A stretch of DNA of 64,000 nt from Camelus ferus (Eukaryota). This document shows positions 50,971 through 64,000 of the stretch, piece by piece; the stretch's first letter is position 1, and the number at the start of each line of letters is the position of its first letter. The DNA lies in contig NC_045697.1 of the NCBI RefSeq assembly GCF_009834535.1, positions 109,308,001 to 109,372,000 of the forward strand, read 5' to 3'. The translations under genes and the position numbers were made by a program. Under the pieces are notes generated by a model. The model searched no databases, was not told where the DNA came from, and worked only from the letters and a program-made list of their open reading frames with translations.

Positions 50971-51819
50971 AATTCCTGTGCTCTTGCCCTGTGCTGTGGC
51001 ACCATGCAAGGTGCTGGAAATGGAAAGATTTAAGGCATAGCCATGTCCTCAGTGAATTCGTATTTTAGATCAAAGACTAGACCATAAGTAAACTGTATGA
51101 CATTAATTAACACGTGTTCAGTAAAAGAGAAATGAGCAGGCACTGTTACGGAATGGAGGAGAGGGAGCGAACTTTCAGTGAGTTTATGATGCCACTGCCT
51201 GTTTCTTCTCCCGAATTTCAGTACTTCAGGTGCCCTGCTTACTGCTTTCAGTGCCGTTCTTCTGTCTTGCTCTCTGTTCCTAACCTCTTCCTTCTGCCAG
51301 TTTTGATAAGGTTAACTGTGTCTTTGAGCTATTTACTCTTGATAATTAATCTTTCTCTGACCATTCACCTTTCCTTTACTGCTGTTTTCTACTCTCCACT
51401 CTCATGTCCTTCAAGGTTCATTCTAAAGAACGTTTTCTTCTCCAAACTTACTTCCTCAGGGAGCAGTTCTAATGGGTATAACCAGTATCTGAGTAGGATC
51501 TAGAGCTGTAAAGGGAACTTCATATCCTTTCCAGACACTTAACTGAATATGTCTAAGTATATAGAAAATGGAGATCATCCTGAGGTCTGTCACTTTCACG
51601 GTTTTGCCGTCTTCACATTGGAAGATTAACTCTCGTTCTTTCTGTTGTATGTAATGCATCACTAATTATTGTCAGTTGTCCTTAGTTATGTTTCTTAACT
51701 TGCCTCATTTTCATTCCTGTAATAACCCTAGTCTGGTGTTTCCCAAACTATTATCTCAGCTCTGTTTCAGATTCATGACTCTGTTACTTCATTTCTATTG
51801 TACTTGATTTCATTTTATT

Positions 51820-54090
51820 GACTATACTCCCTAAGCTGTACATTTCATCCTCATGACTCATTTCTTTTGCAACTGGAAGTTTGTACCTCTTCATTTCTCT
51901 TACCTATTTCACTCATCCCTCACCCCCACCCCTCTGGCAGTTACCTCTTCTCTGTATCTGTGACTCTGTTTCTGTTTTGTTATGTTTATTTGTTGTTTTG
52001 TTTTTTAGATTCCACAGATAAGTGAAATTATATGGTATTTCTCTGTCTGACTTATTTCATTTAGCATAATACCATCTAGGTCCATCCATGTCATCACAAA
52101 TGGCAAGATTTTATTCTTTTTATGGCCAAGTAATATTCCATTGTATATGTATACCACATCTTCTTTATCCATTCATCTGTTGGTGGGTACTTTGGTTGCT
52201 TCCATATCTTGGCAGTTGCGAATAATGCTGCAGTGAACATAGGGGTGCATATATCTTTGAATTCATGATTTTGTTTTCTTCGGAAAAATACCCAGAAGTG
52301 AAATTGCTAGATCATATGGTAGGTTTGTTTTTTTGTTTGTTTGTTTTTTGAGGACACTCCATACCATTTTCCATAGTCACTGCACCAATTTATATTCCTA
52401 TCAGCAGTGCACGACTGTTTTCTTTTCTCCACATCCTTGCCAGCACTTGTTATTTCTTGTCTTTTTGGTGCTAGCCATTCTGACAGGTGTGATACTGTAT
52501 TTTGATTTGCATTTCTCTGATGATTAGTGATGTTAAGCATCTTTCCACATGTCTATTTGTTATCTGTATGTCTAATTTGAAAAAATGCCTATTCAGATTC
52601 TCTGCCCATTTTTTGTTTTTTGATGTTGAATTGTGTGAGTTCTTTTTATATTTTGGACATTAACCCCTTATCACATATATCATTTGCAAATATCTTGTCC
52701 CATTCAATAGGTTGCTTTTTCATTTTCTTGATAGTTTCCTTCAATGTGTAAAAGCTTTTTAGTTTGATTTAGCCTCATTTGTTTATTTTTGCTTTTATTT
52801 CCCTTGCCTGAGGAGACGTATAAAAAATATCGTGAAGATCAGTGTCAAAGAGCATATTGCCAGTGTTTCTTCTAGGGGTTTTATAGTATCAGATCTTACA
52901 TCTACATCTAAGTCTTTAATCCGTTTTGAGTTTATTTTTTACATGGTGTGAGAAAGTCCAGTTTGATTCTTTTGCGTGTAGCTATCTGGTTTCCCCAGCA
53001 CCATTTATTAAAGAGATTGTCTTTTCTCCATTGTATATTCTTGCCTCCTTGGTCATAGATTAATTGACCATAAGTGTGTTGGTTTATTTCTGGGCTCTTT
53101 ATTCTGTTCCATTGATCTAAGTGTCTATTTTTGTGCTAATACCATGCTATTTTGGTAATTGTAGCTTTGTAATATAGTTTGAAATCAGCGGGTGTGATAA
53201 CCTCTAGCTTTGTTCTTCTTTCTCAAGATTGTATTGTCTGTTCAGAATCTTCAGTGTTTCCATACAAATTTTAGAATTATTTGTTCTAGTTCTGTGAAAA
53301 TTGCCATTGGTATTTTGATAGTCTTTGGATTAAATCTGTAGATTGCCTTGGGTAGAATGGTCATTTTAACAAAATTAATTCTTCCAATTCTTTCAATCAA
53401 GCAGTTATATCTTTACATCATCTTCATTTTCTTTCATCAGTATCTTACAGTTTTCCAAGTACAGGGCTTTACCTCCTTGGTTAGCTTTATTCCTAGGTGT
53501 TTTACATTTTTTGATGCAACTGTAAATGGTATTGTTCTCTTAATTTCTCTTTTTGATAGTTCATTGTTTGTGCATAGGAGTGCAACAGATTTCTTTATAT
53601 TAATTTTGCAATTCTGCTGAATTGTTTTATTAGTCTAGTAGTTTTTTGGTGGAGTCTTTGGGATTTCCTATATATTGTATCATATCGACTTTTAAACTGC
53701 GACAGCTTTACTTCTTCCTTTCCAATTTGGATTCCTTTTATTTCTTTTTCTAGTCTAATTGTTGTGGCTAGAGCTTATAGTACTATGTTGAATAAAAGTT
53801 GTGAGAGTGGCATTGTTGTCTTCTTCCTGATCTTGGAGGAAATGCTTTCAGCTTTTCACCACTGAGTATAATGTTGGCAGTAGGTTTGTCATATATGGCC
53901 TACATTATGTTGAGGTATGTTCCCTTTTTTATTTCTGAATTTATTTGAGTCCTCTCTCTTTTTTTCTTGATGGATCTGGATAAAAGTTTATCATTTTTGT
54001 TTATCTTTTCAGTAAACCAGCTCTTAGTTTTATTGATCTTTTCTATTGTTTGTTTGGGGTTTTTTTTTTTTTTTTTTTTTGTCTATTTTA
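51820..54090 (-). mobile_element. L1 (L1MA-like) 3' UTR plus ORF2 portion, with a deletion junction near 53925
   Basis: ttagattccacagataagtgaa..; ORF 52307-52540 ([14 protein letters not shown]) is frameshifted L1 ORF2 C-terminus. Confidence 0.9.
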
Positions 54091-54484
54091 TTTCTGTCCC
54101 CACCCCATTGCATTTTTAATCATTTTTCTCATTTTTTTAACCAGCGATATATTTGACACCAATAAGAGCTTTTCAGAGTTGATGCGAAATAACTAGTGCT
54201 AACATACTTAGTTGATACAAATCTAGGCCTTAAAATCTCTTCTAGGCCTTCAATCTCTCTAATTGTAAAGAAAGTTTGGTTTATTCTTTCCATTCAAGTC
54301 TCCTTTTTGAAGATTTGCCATTTAGAAGAACTATCACTCATGAGATTTTTAGCTAGCTTTTGCAGCCTCATCTTAATTAAATATGTGTTTTCTGTTAAAA
54401 TGTTTGAAACAGGGAAGGAAAGAACTCAAATCCAGGCAACCACCCTTGCCGTACTAAGGATCTCCAGATGAACTAGGGTCCAAG

Positions 54485-55530
54485 TCCTTATATCCTCAGC
54501 TCATTTCCCTTCTTGCTCTGCACACTCCTCCTGGGAGGCCTCACCTACTCCTGTGGCTTCCGTTGCCACCTGTATACTTTTGACTCCCCACTTTTCATCT
54601 CCTGCCTGTACCTCTGCCCTGAACTCCACACCTGTGTATTCAGCTACTAACTGGACATCTCTTGAACAGCTAGCAGGCAACTCGCATTCAGTATGTTCAA
54701 AATTCTTTACTCAAAACTGCTCCTCTGAGTTGTAGACTCTGAAACTACTATCCACTTAGTCACCCAAACCAAAAACCTGGTAGTTACCTTGGATTTTTTT
54801 TCTCTCCCTTTTCTCCCCATCCAGTAGGTTCTAAACTCTGTTGATTCTACGTGCTGATACCTCTCAAATCACTCCCGTCCTGTCCATCCTCACTGCCACT
54901 GTCTGGGCTTAGACTCTCATTACCTCTGGCCCAGAATTTTGAATTAATGTCTTTACTGGTCTCCCTGTCTCCAGCTTTCACTTTCTTTCATCTGCTGTAG
55001 TAGTTTTTTTTTTTTTTTTTTTTTAATTCCTTTTGGATGGTTTCCCATTCCTGAATAACAAATCCAGATTCCTCAGCCTGACATTAAGGCTCTCTGTAAT
55101 CTACCTCCTGCCACTGGCCAGCCTAATAACCTGCTCTTACCCCTTCTCCAACCCTAGCACCCGTTAAACCAAATTGTTTACAGCTTCCTGAATGCGACTT
55201 ATTTTATATCTTGCATCTTTACATGCTGCACCGGACTGGCTCTTTTTACTTGTTTAACTAACAAACTCCAGCCTGTCCATTAACCAGAGATGTTTATTAA
55301 GACCCACCTCAGAAATCTTTTCTTCTGGGAAGTTTTTATCCCCTCAGCAAAGCTGAGTACTTCTTTGTGCCTTGACTATCTTACATGTATTTCTTATAGG
55401 GTGAAGTCTTTATGTGTCTTATGTCCACGGCCAGCATTCTGAGAGCAGGCATATCTTAACCATGTTTTATCCCCAGCATGGAATGCACTTACTGAGACAC
55501 ACAGAGACATAATAACTGTTAGTGAATGAA
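54485..55530 (+). mobile_element. L2 fragment
   Basis: ctctgccctgaactccacacctgtgtattcagct..ccatcctcactgccactg..gttagtgaatgaat tail. Confidence 0.75.
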
Positions 55531-56388
55531 TACATAGATCAGTACAGCACTGCCTAGTTTTGGTCCTAACTATTGTCTTCTTGGTCTAGGAACCTTCCTC
55601 CCTGGCCCGTACCTTTTCTTTTCCTTCTAGTCCACAATATAGAGCAACACAGATGATTTCCATTAAGTATTCATGTTTATAGGAATCTCGATTTTTAAAA
55701 ATTCAGCCTCAGAAATATCATGTATAGGAATAATTAAGCATGAATTTTCAACTCCATTATTTCTTTTTACCATCACTTGAATTATATTTTGCTGGAGACT
55801 AGCTCGGCATTATCCAAAGTAATCCTGTGGAATGGATATATAATAGGTATTACTTGAAGAGGAGTTCTGTAATCAGAGGAATTTGGGGCTTCTGGATTAA
55901 CAAAGATAAACTACTTTGAGTTCTCAGTTCTCATGCCAGTATGCTTTGTGAATCTTTACTTGATTCTTTTTCTTGAGGGATTAATGTTCTATGGAACATT
56001 TGGGAAATGCTTCCCAACTTTATCGATTCTTTTCAGCAGACAAGACTGCTGTCTTAGACTACCTTCTTCTCCCCAAAATTGATATATATTCTTTGTTGAA
56101 ACCTGAAATAATCTTGCCAGTCAGCAAACCACATCCCTTTCCAGCCACTGCTAGGGAACTTTCTCATCCAATATAGATTCTGCAGGGTAATAGGCATTAA
56201 ATAAATATAAATATATATATATAAATTAATAAATTGTCCCTGAAAAGAAAAAAAACCACATCCCAATTTTCAAATATTGACATTTGCATTTTGCTATAAC
56301 AAATTTAAAACTTACTCACTTTAGAACAAAAGAGTAGAGAAGAAAGTTAAATTGCTTGTAATTCTATGATTCAAAACTAGTTACTGTT

Positions 56389-56603
56389 ATTTGCAGATAA
56401 TAGCTACTACATATAAAATAGATAAACAAAAAGACCCTACTGTATGGCACAGGGAACTATATTCATTATCTTGTAATAGCCTATAATGAAAAAGAATATG
56501 AAAAGGAATGTGTGTGTATATATATAATATTGTATGTGTATAACTGAATCACTATGCTGTACACCAGAAATTAATGCATTGTAAATCGACTATACTTCAA
56601 TTA
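56389..56603 (+). mobile_element. Short lineage-type L1 3' end
   Basis: cctactgtatggcacagggaactatattc..gactatacttcaatt. TSD aaaacta(g/a)ttactgtt at 56373-56388 and 56604-56619. Confidence 0.88.
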
Positions 56604-56684
56604 AAAAACTAATTACTGTTGACATTTTGATATATTTCCTTTCTTTTATTATATTATATTATTTTATTTCCTTTTCTTGTGTGC

Positions 56685-57200
56685 ATGAATCAGGATATCT
56701 TTCAGCCACAAATAACAGAAAAGTAGATCCAAATGGGCTTAAATAATAGGGGTTTTTATCCTGTGTAGGAAGTTTGGAGGTGGGCTCTTTCAGAATTCAC
56801 CACACATTGATATCAGAGGTCTGGGCTGGCTTCTCTTCTTGACTTTCCCTTTTTGGATGCAAGTAGCTACCACAGCTACTATATCTTCCCATGACAATGT
56901 CCAAAGCAAGAATAATGATGGACTTTCTTCTTGTATACCTCTCTCTTTTTATCCAGGAGGGGAAATCCCAGAATGCCCCCCTTTCCCAAATAGGTTTCCC
57001 TTTATGTATAACCCTCATTGGCCAGGTCTGAGATACATGCTCATGCTGGAAGGTAGGACATCATAGGTTGCCCTCTTGGACTGGGAGGGGCCTATTCTCT
57101 CTGAGCACATTGCCCTCCCAATCTGAACAAAGTTGGAGTTCTGTTTACAAAGAAAGGCTTTAGATCACCTGAAGCTTTAGAGAGGCAATTAACAGGGCCT
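56685..57200 (-). mobile_element. Old MaLR LTR (MLT1J/K-like)
   Basis: caggatatctttcagccacaaataacagaaaa..gggcttaaataatagggg..tcattggccagg. Confidence 0.6.
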
Positions 57201-58836
57201 ACAAAATTATATCTATATGCACTTGAAAGTCCAGGTCTTTTAAATTGAATGTTCTTACTACTTTTCTGCATCAGCTTGGATAATCAAGAATTAAATATGT
57301 TTGTTCAGGTTGAGTTAGTTAAAAATTGGGGGTGGGTGGTAGATGGAGGAAGTATATAAACAGGATTTTTGTTGGTAAATAATTTTAAATAACAAAAAAA
57401 TTGTAATAGGTAATATTACAACTTGAAACTTGCAGAAATTTTTACAGTAGAACCAAAGATTTCCATGATTTATTTTTTATATTTGTTTGTTTGTTTTGCT
57501 TTTGCGGTAGGTAGCTTTGGGCTAGGCTTCTGAACCTTCCCCCAGGAATTATTCTCCTTTGCTATTGGAGCTACTTGCTGGATGAATTTGAAAAGCCTTA
57601 CTCTAGAGCTTTAGAATTTCTTCTCCCACTCCCAGAACATTCTTCTGTGCTTCATGTGGATTACAGATTTGTGACAGCCATTCTTCATTCACAACTCTCT
57701 TCTCCCCAGATCAACCAACCTGGAAAAGATCTATTCCATCAAAACTGGACCTACAATTTTAATGTCATGCCACCAGGTGGTGGCAATGTCCAGGTCATAT
57801 ATATCCTTAGTTTCCCAGGATAGCCAGCCCTAATTTCATTTGGCTTGTTTTGCCCTCAAGAAGTGTATCAATATTTTATAGATTTTAATATTTCAGTATT
57901 CATAATGTCTCTGGCTGTTTTATGTATTTAGAAGTTTCACGAAAACAGCCCTATAAGTTGGGTGCTTTTTTGGGTTTAAAGTATGGTTCTCACTTAACCA
58001 AAGGGCATGGCTCAAACTTTCAACCCTGCATTTCATCAGATTCAAATATCGGGCGTTGTTCGGGTTCCGTAGTGTTTATATTTATTTATAACCATAAATT
58101 TCCTGGTCTATAACTTCTTTAAAAATTGAGATTGAATGCAAAGAAACTTCAATTTAAATTTTTATTAATTATTATAGCTTTTAAAGTTCAGTACATTTTA
58201 CCTTTTCAATAATTTCTAACACTTGAACTTGCCACAGATCTTAGTTTGGTTGGCTACTCTCATCCAGATGTGTTATGTTGCTCTCTTTATTCTGCTAAAG
58301 CTGTTGAAGCTGTGGAAGAGAAGGCTTTCGTTTGCTTTTTTAATCCTTTGAAATCCAAGTTCTCTTGAATCTATCCACTATAAGAGGCAGAAATACGGGA
58401 AAAAGATAAAAGCCTTTATAAGCAGGTACTTTATTCAGTCACTATTTCTGAGCACTGTTGTCTCTTTATGACTTTTTCTTTGGCTTTATATACTTAATGT
58501 GGAGTATATTATAACCTGGCCTGGAAAGAAGTGTAAAGCTTTAATTTAAATTAGTTACATTTAAGTTAAATAGATATTTGAGCTTAAGCTCTTTAACTGA
58601 TGCTCCTTAGCAAGTAATTTGTTATATTTTAGATGGGTGGTTTCTAATGAAATAAATTACTTAAACTGAGTAATTTTCTGGATCAATACATTTTAAATAG
58701 TATTTAAGTAACATTTTTATTAGAAATTCAAATAGTGGACAATCTTAATTCTCACAAGAAGTATTCAGATGTGTTAGGACTGAAATGTGAGCATGTCATT
58801 TCCCAGTGCTCTTGAAAGACAGTGGGAAGATAAATG

Positions 58837-59520
58837 ATTCAGCAGTTGCACTTCTTGAGATCTACCCAAATGGGTGGAAAACATGCATACAAATGTTTAT
58901 AACAGCTTTATTCATAATTGCCAAAACTTTGGAAACAACCAAGATGTCCTTCAGTAGGTATATGCATAAATAAACTGTGGTACATTTAGACAGTGGAATA
59001 TTATTCAGTGATTAAAAGAAATAAGGTATCAAGCCATGAAAATACATGGAGGAACCTTAAATGCATTTTACTAAATGAAAGGAGCCAGTCTGAAAAGGTT
59101 ACATAATGTATGATTCCAGCTATATGACATTTTAGAAAGGCAAAACTACATAGACAGTGGGTGCCAGAGGCTGTGGAGAGGAAGCAGGGATGAATAGGCA
59201 GAGCACAGATGTTTAGGGCAGTGAAGATACTCAGTGTGATAGGATAATAATGAAGGCATGTCATTACACATTTGTTCAACCCATTGAATGTACACCACCA
59301 AAGGTGAGCCCTAATGTAAACTATAGACTTTGGGTGATAATGATGTGTCAGTGTAGGTTCATCAGTTGTAACAAATGTACCACTCTGGAGGGGATTTTGT
59401 TTATGGGAGAGCCTGTGTGTATGTTGGGACAGGGGTTATATGGGAACTCTCTATAACTTCCACTCAATTTTGCTGTGAACCTAAAACTGCTCTAAAAAAA
59501 TAAAATCTATTTTTAAAAAG
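58837..59520 (+). mobile_element. L1MC1-like 3' end
   Basis: caaatgtttataacagctttattcataattgcc..gtgagccctaatgtaaactatagactttggg..ctaaaactgctctaaaaaaataaa. Confidence 0.85.
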
Positions 59521-59825
59521 TGAAGTAGACTATAGAAAATATATTGACATGAAACATAAAGGATAATCCCCTGTGTGTTTTGACATGTTCTCCACATTGA
59601 CCTGTACTTGAATATTAAGCAAAAGAATTGGAACAAGAAAGATGCCCACTAGACTTTACAGGGTCCCCCCCCCCCCCCCGAGAGGGTAGTGGGGGTGGTG
59701 TAGAAGTGGAGAGCGAGGGGGCTTTAGTTTAAATACTTGTGCATTGTTTGAGTCTTTTAAAATAAAAATGTATTCATTTTGGTCTCTTGAAAATATATTC
59801 ATATATTTCTTATAATGGGAAAAGA

Positions 59826-60452
59826 ATTTTTTCTTCCAGTTTTATTGAGATATAACTGACAGCACTGTATAAATTTAAGGTGTGCAGCATAATAATCTGA
59901 TTTACATACATCATGAAGTGATTACTACAGTAAGTTTAGTGAACATCCATTATCTCATATAGATACAAAATAAAAGAAATAGAAAAAAAAATTTTTTCTT
60001 GTGATGAGAACTCTTAGGATTTACTGTCCTAACAACTTTCATAGATAATATACAGCAGCGTTAATTATATTTATCATGTTGTATATTACATCCCTAGTAC
60101 TTATTTATCTTATAACTGGAAATTTGTACTTTTTGACTGCCTTCATCCAATACCCCCACCCTACCCCCCTGCTGTGGTCATCTCTGATAACCACAAATTT
60201 GATCTTTTTCTGAGTTACTATACGTTGCTAGTTCCTGTTACACAACATAGTGATTCTATGCTTCTGTACATTTCAGACTGATCACCATGGTAAGTCGTCT
60301 AGTTACGATATATCACCATACAGAGATACTACATAGCTATTGACTCTATTCCCCACACTGTACATGTCATACCCATGACTCATTTATTTTGCAAATGAAA
60401 ATTTGTACCTCTTAATCGTCACCTATTTCTTTCCTTTTCTTACCCCCTTCCC
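59826..60452 (-). mobile_element. L1MA-type 3' UTR fragment
   Basis: ttttattgagatataactgaca..gtgatgagaactcttaggattt..gactcatttattttgcaa. Related to 51820-51960. Confidence 0.8.
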
Positions 60453-60850
60453 CGGGAAAAGCATTTAAAAAATAATAGTTATGTATGCTTTTAATATGGA
60501 AAATTTACAAGTATGTTTCACAATACAGAGATAACTATTTTTTAAATTTTGTGCATTTTCTTGCAGTTTTTTGAGGGTTTTGGTCATAGATAAGCTCTCA
60601 AATGTATTCACAGTTTTGTTTCCAGCTTTTTAAAACCCCTGTTCTGTATTTGTGTCATTGAAAGTTTTCTAAAATGTTTCCTTTGGTTACATAATTGTGA
60701 CCTATCTATACCATGAAATAATGATTTACCATTTCTCTATTGTTAAGACAATTGTACAGCTCCCATCTTTATGTAAATACATCTTTATAGTGTTCTTTGT
60801 TTCCCTGTGATCTATTCCTAAATGAAATATCACCCTAAAAAATAAATTTT

Positions 60851-60942
60851 ATATGAAAACGAATATATATATGTATGTGCATGGCTGGCACATTGTGCTG
60901 TACACCAGACACATTGTAATTGACTGTACTTCAATAAAAAAT
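60851..60942 (+). mobile_element. Very short L1 3' terminus
   Basis: atatgaaaacgaatatat..gtgctgtacaccaga..gtacttcaataaaaa, flanked by aataaatttta repeats. Confidence 0.75.
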
Positions 60943-61840
60943 AATAAATTTTAAAATTGTACTACACTAATATAAACTATACTTTTTAAATGTAAAAAAT
61001 CTTAAGTTATACTAGCTCTCTTTTTTTTTTCTTTTAAGGGAAAACAAGACATAGAACCTTTTTTACCCTGTAACATATTGTACATGAATTTTGTTCAAGC
61101 AGTAGACTGATCTGGTTTCTCTTGCTTTTACCTCTTTTTCCCATTCTTTGTTTCTTGACATTCTTTCGCATCTATGAAAACTTCTATATTTCCTCCTTAC
61201 TGCTTTGAAATTTTTTTATTTCTAAAAGGGAGCCAATCAGATTTCCAGTGCAACCAGCTTGAATCAATCTTTCTGTCCCTCTTATGAATAGACAGTTCCT
61301 CCAGGCAGTGAATTAGCCCTTTAGAAAACATTGGCATTATGTTTCTGAACGCTGAGTGTCTGTATAGGTGGTCTGGAATGCATTAAAGAGAAGCATTGTG
61401 TCAGAAACTCAAGTCTAAAGATGAAGTCCTGTTCTTTCTAATTGTAAGTTATTTTTGTTCTTGCTGGTGCTGTTTTTTCTGAGTTACAGAATTTTAAAAA
61501 TTATTATTTGCTTTAGGGAAAGTTGGAAATGGATTTCCAGCATATAGGTGGTTCTTGTTTTATGTTATACATATGTGTCAAGAGAGTTTTCTCTTTAAAG
61601 GAATCCTATGGTGAATCCTCTTTGATTATAGAGTATCACTGCGTTTTCTACTTTTGTAAGTGTGGACTTTGTATTTCTTTCAGTGACGGAAATATTGAGA
61701 TGTTTTGTTTCTAGTTCAGGCTACGATATTTAGCAGTACTTCATTTTTGCGGATAAACTAGTAATAGTCTCCCATATATTAATACCTTGTGTGTTTTACT
61801 TGGGTTCTCTACTGCAAGAAAACAGGTTTTTGTTTAGGTC

Positions 61841-62033
61841 ACTAGTTCTCAAAAGTGTGATGCCCCCAACCAGGAGCATCAGCATCACATCACCTGGGAG
61901 TGTGTTAAAAATGCAAATTATTAGGCTCTACCCCAGACCTCTACTATTCAAAAACTGGGAGGTGGAGCCCAGCAACCTATATTTAACAAGCCCTTCGGGT
62001 GATTCTGCTATGTGCTGAAGTTTAGAACTACTG
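61841..62033. mobile_element. MER5A DNA transposon
   Basis: gttctcaaaagtgtg..accaggagcatcagcatcac..aaatgcaaatt..ggtggagcccagcaacc..gtttagaactactg. Confidence 0.85.
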
Positions 62034-63915
62034 GTTTAGATAATATCTACAGAGTGGCTTAAAATCTCAGCTCTTAGTCATCTGAGTTCTGGATTTGGTT
62101 TAATTCCAAGGTGTGTGTTAGGAACTATAGCAATGTTGCTTCTAAGAGATGTGTAGATGAAAAACTGATAGCAGGGGCTGCCTCACAAGAGCTGCTGTCA
62201 TTGTTCCCAGGAGTTAAGATTTTAAGCACTAAACAGAGCCAAGAATCCTTCACTGTTGAGTTGAACCAAATTGTTTCAGTACCTAGGATGATAGGCAGAA
62301 GCTTCTCATTTAATAACATCATTTAGATTGTGCCTCCCTCCATTACCAAGATACTTAAAATGACAAATCATGAAATCACATTTAAATTACATAAGATTAT
62401 TTTCAGAGTTAAGGAATTCCTAAATTAGCTCTCTTTCAAATGCTTTTAAGTTGTAAATAACTACAAGCAGACATACAATACCTGGGAGATACTTCATTAA
62501 TATAATTAAGATATATGTTAATTAATTATTGGATTATTTTTATGTAATTCTTCATTCTTAGGGTAACATCTGCCTGTCTGGTTATTTTTAAAACATTTTT
62601 AATAGGAAAATGTTACGCTAATAAGTATGTGTATTTTTTCTTTGGAAAATTTTCTACTCCTGAATTTAGATGTTACATACATTTATTAATTATTTCAGGT
62701 GGGTTTGTCAGGGTGGAATATTAACCTTTTAAACAAGGTGTTATTTTATAAATGAGAGCCTTTGTTTTAAAGAACTTTATCCCCTTGCTAAATTTAGGGC
62801 TTTATAGCTTACTTTGGCTCTTAAATCTACAGCAGATTTTTGTTTTTTCAACTTAGGAAGATAATTACTCTCAAGAAGAGGTATAACTGGTTTGGTGTGG
62901 TGTCTTCTTGGCATCACAGATGGGTCTTGTTCGTGCTATAGGTTAGAATCAGGAACTAGAGAATCATTAAAGGAAAACCTACCTTTACGCATATTGAGAA
63001 GTGGAAGGTTTTTTAAAGTCAGGGTAAATCTACCAACTTTCTGAAGGTACTGTTTGTGGTTTTTAAGCGAAAACGGGTATCTAAATATTATTCACCCTCT
63101 ACATATAATAAGGCCATATTCTGAAAGGTTAGTTTCTTAGAATCAGACAAAAGAAATTACTCATCCAATCATTAATTATTTTCTAAATGTTTATAACTCA
63201 AGAATGAGGGAGGAGTGGAATATATTTTAAGAAACCCCTTACCCAATCAAGTGAGTCTGAAATTTCTAACAAGTTCGTAGTGAAAGACGTGGTGGAGAAT
63301 TTAGTATTGGGAATTTCCTGTGATTATTTAGTCTGGGGCCCAAGTAGGATTAATACAATTGAGACAGGAAGCAAAGTTATGAAATTAACAGTCCTTTTTG
63401 GTGTGGGCTCAACCACGTACTAATGAATATTCTATTATCTGAGGTCTCCTTTTGCTGGTATTATTTAATCCATTTCCAATACAACTTACTACTTTCTAAG
63501 CTTAGTAAAATACTTAAAATGATCACTTTTAAGGTATGTAAAACATGAATAAAATCAACAGCCGGCTAGTAGATTTTTTTCTTTCTGAGAATTTAATATG
63601 CAATTCCTTATAAAGTACCTTATTTAAGAATAATCAGTGGTGCATTCGTTTTTGACTGTGTTAGTGAAACAGGTCCCAATACCACCAGTCTATAAGAAAC
63701 AGTCTAGGGTGTTTCAAAGGGACTTAAGTCAGAGGTGAAAAGAAATTTAAAGAGAGAATTTATATAAAACAGGTATTTTTGAATTTTCAAATTAAAAATT
63801 TAAATAATACACTTCACATTATTTGTGATGAAGGTGGGAAAACCTGATATATGAAGATTGTAGAAAAGGTTGAAAGCATATTGCTCTTTTTTTTGTATAG
63901 GATAGGAGGAAATAC

Positions 63916-64000
63916 TTTTTTTTTTAATTGAAGTAGAGTCAGTTGCAATGTATCAATTTCTGGTGTACAGCACAATGTCCCAGTCATGCATATAATATAT
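63916..64000 (-). mobile_element. Lineage-type L1 3' end (cut by window end)
   Basis: ttttttaattgaagtagagtcagttgcaatg..tggtgtacagcacaatgtcccagtcatgc. Same family as 35468-35897. Confidence 0.8.

Noticed and set aside
36136..64000. MND1 exon 5 or a nested gene in intron 4
   Set aside because: I found no sequence encoding the expected LSEGSQK-like continuation and no ORF with a recognisable non-transposon product. Exon 5 probably lies beyond the window.
1..64000. CRISPR array, operon or prokaryotic defence system
   Set aside because: The sequence is intron-rich mammalian DNA, and no regularly spaced repeat-spacer array was seen.

Overview
Mammalian genomic DNA, most likely a camelid: it carries short tRNA-derived SINEs of the GGGGAGGGTATAGCTCAGTGGTAGAGCGCATGCTTAGC type and lineage-type L1 3' ends. 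The + strand holds two genes in tandem. The first is the last four coding exons (NHL repeats) and a ~4.4-kb 3' UTR of the E3 ligase TRIM2 (723-~13940). The second is the CpG-island promoter and exons 1-4 of the meiotic recombination gene MND1 (ATG at 24871; exon 4 ends at 36135). The window ends inside MND1's long intron 4. The rest is mostly interspersed repeats (L1, L2, MIR, MaLR/ERV LTRs, Tigger/hAT DNA transposons, SINEs). Almost all ORFs in the supplied track are spurious or transposon-derived. I found no evidence of a new multi-gene system. The best leads are regulatory or structural: a tandem splice donor and possible intronic-polyA switch in TRIM2, an L1 ending at the terminal-exon branch point, a pair of same-family solo LTRs bracketing the TRIM2 3' end, an L1 5'-end-only insertion with a target-site duplication but no poly(A), and a palindromic CTCF-like site. 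Repeat family names come from my recall of consensus sequences, and repeat boundaries are approximate.
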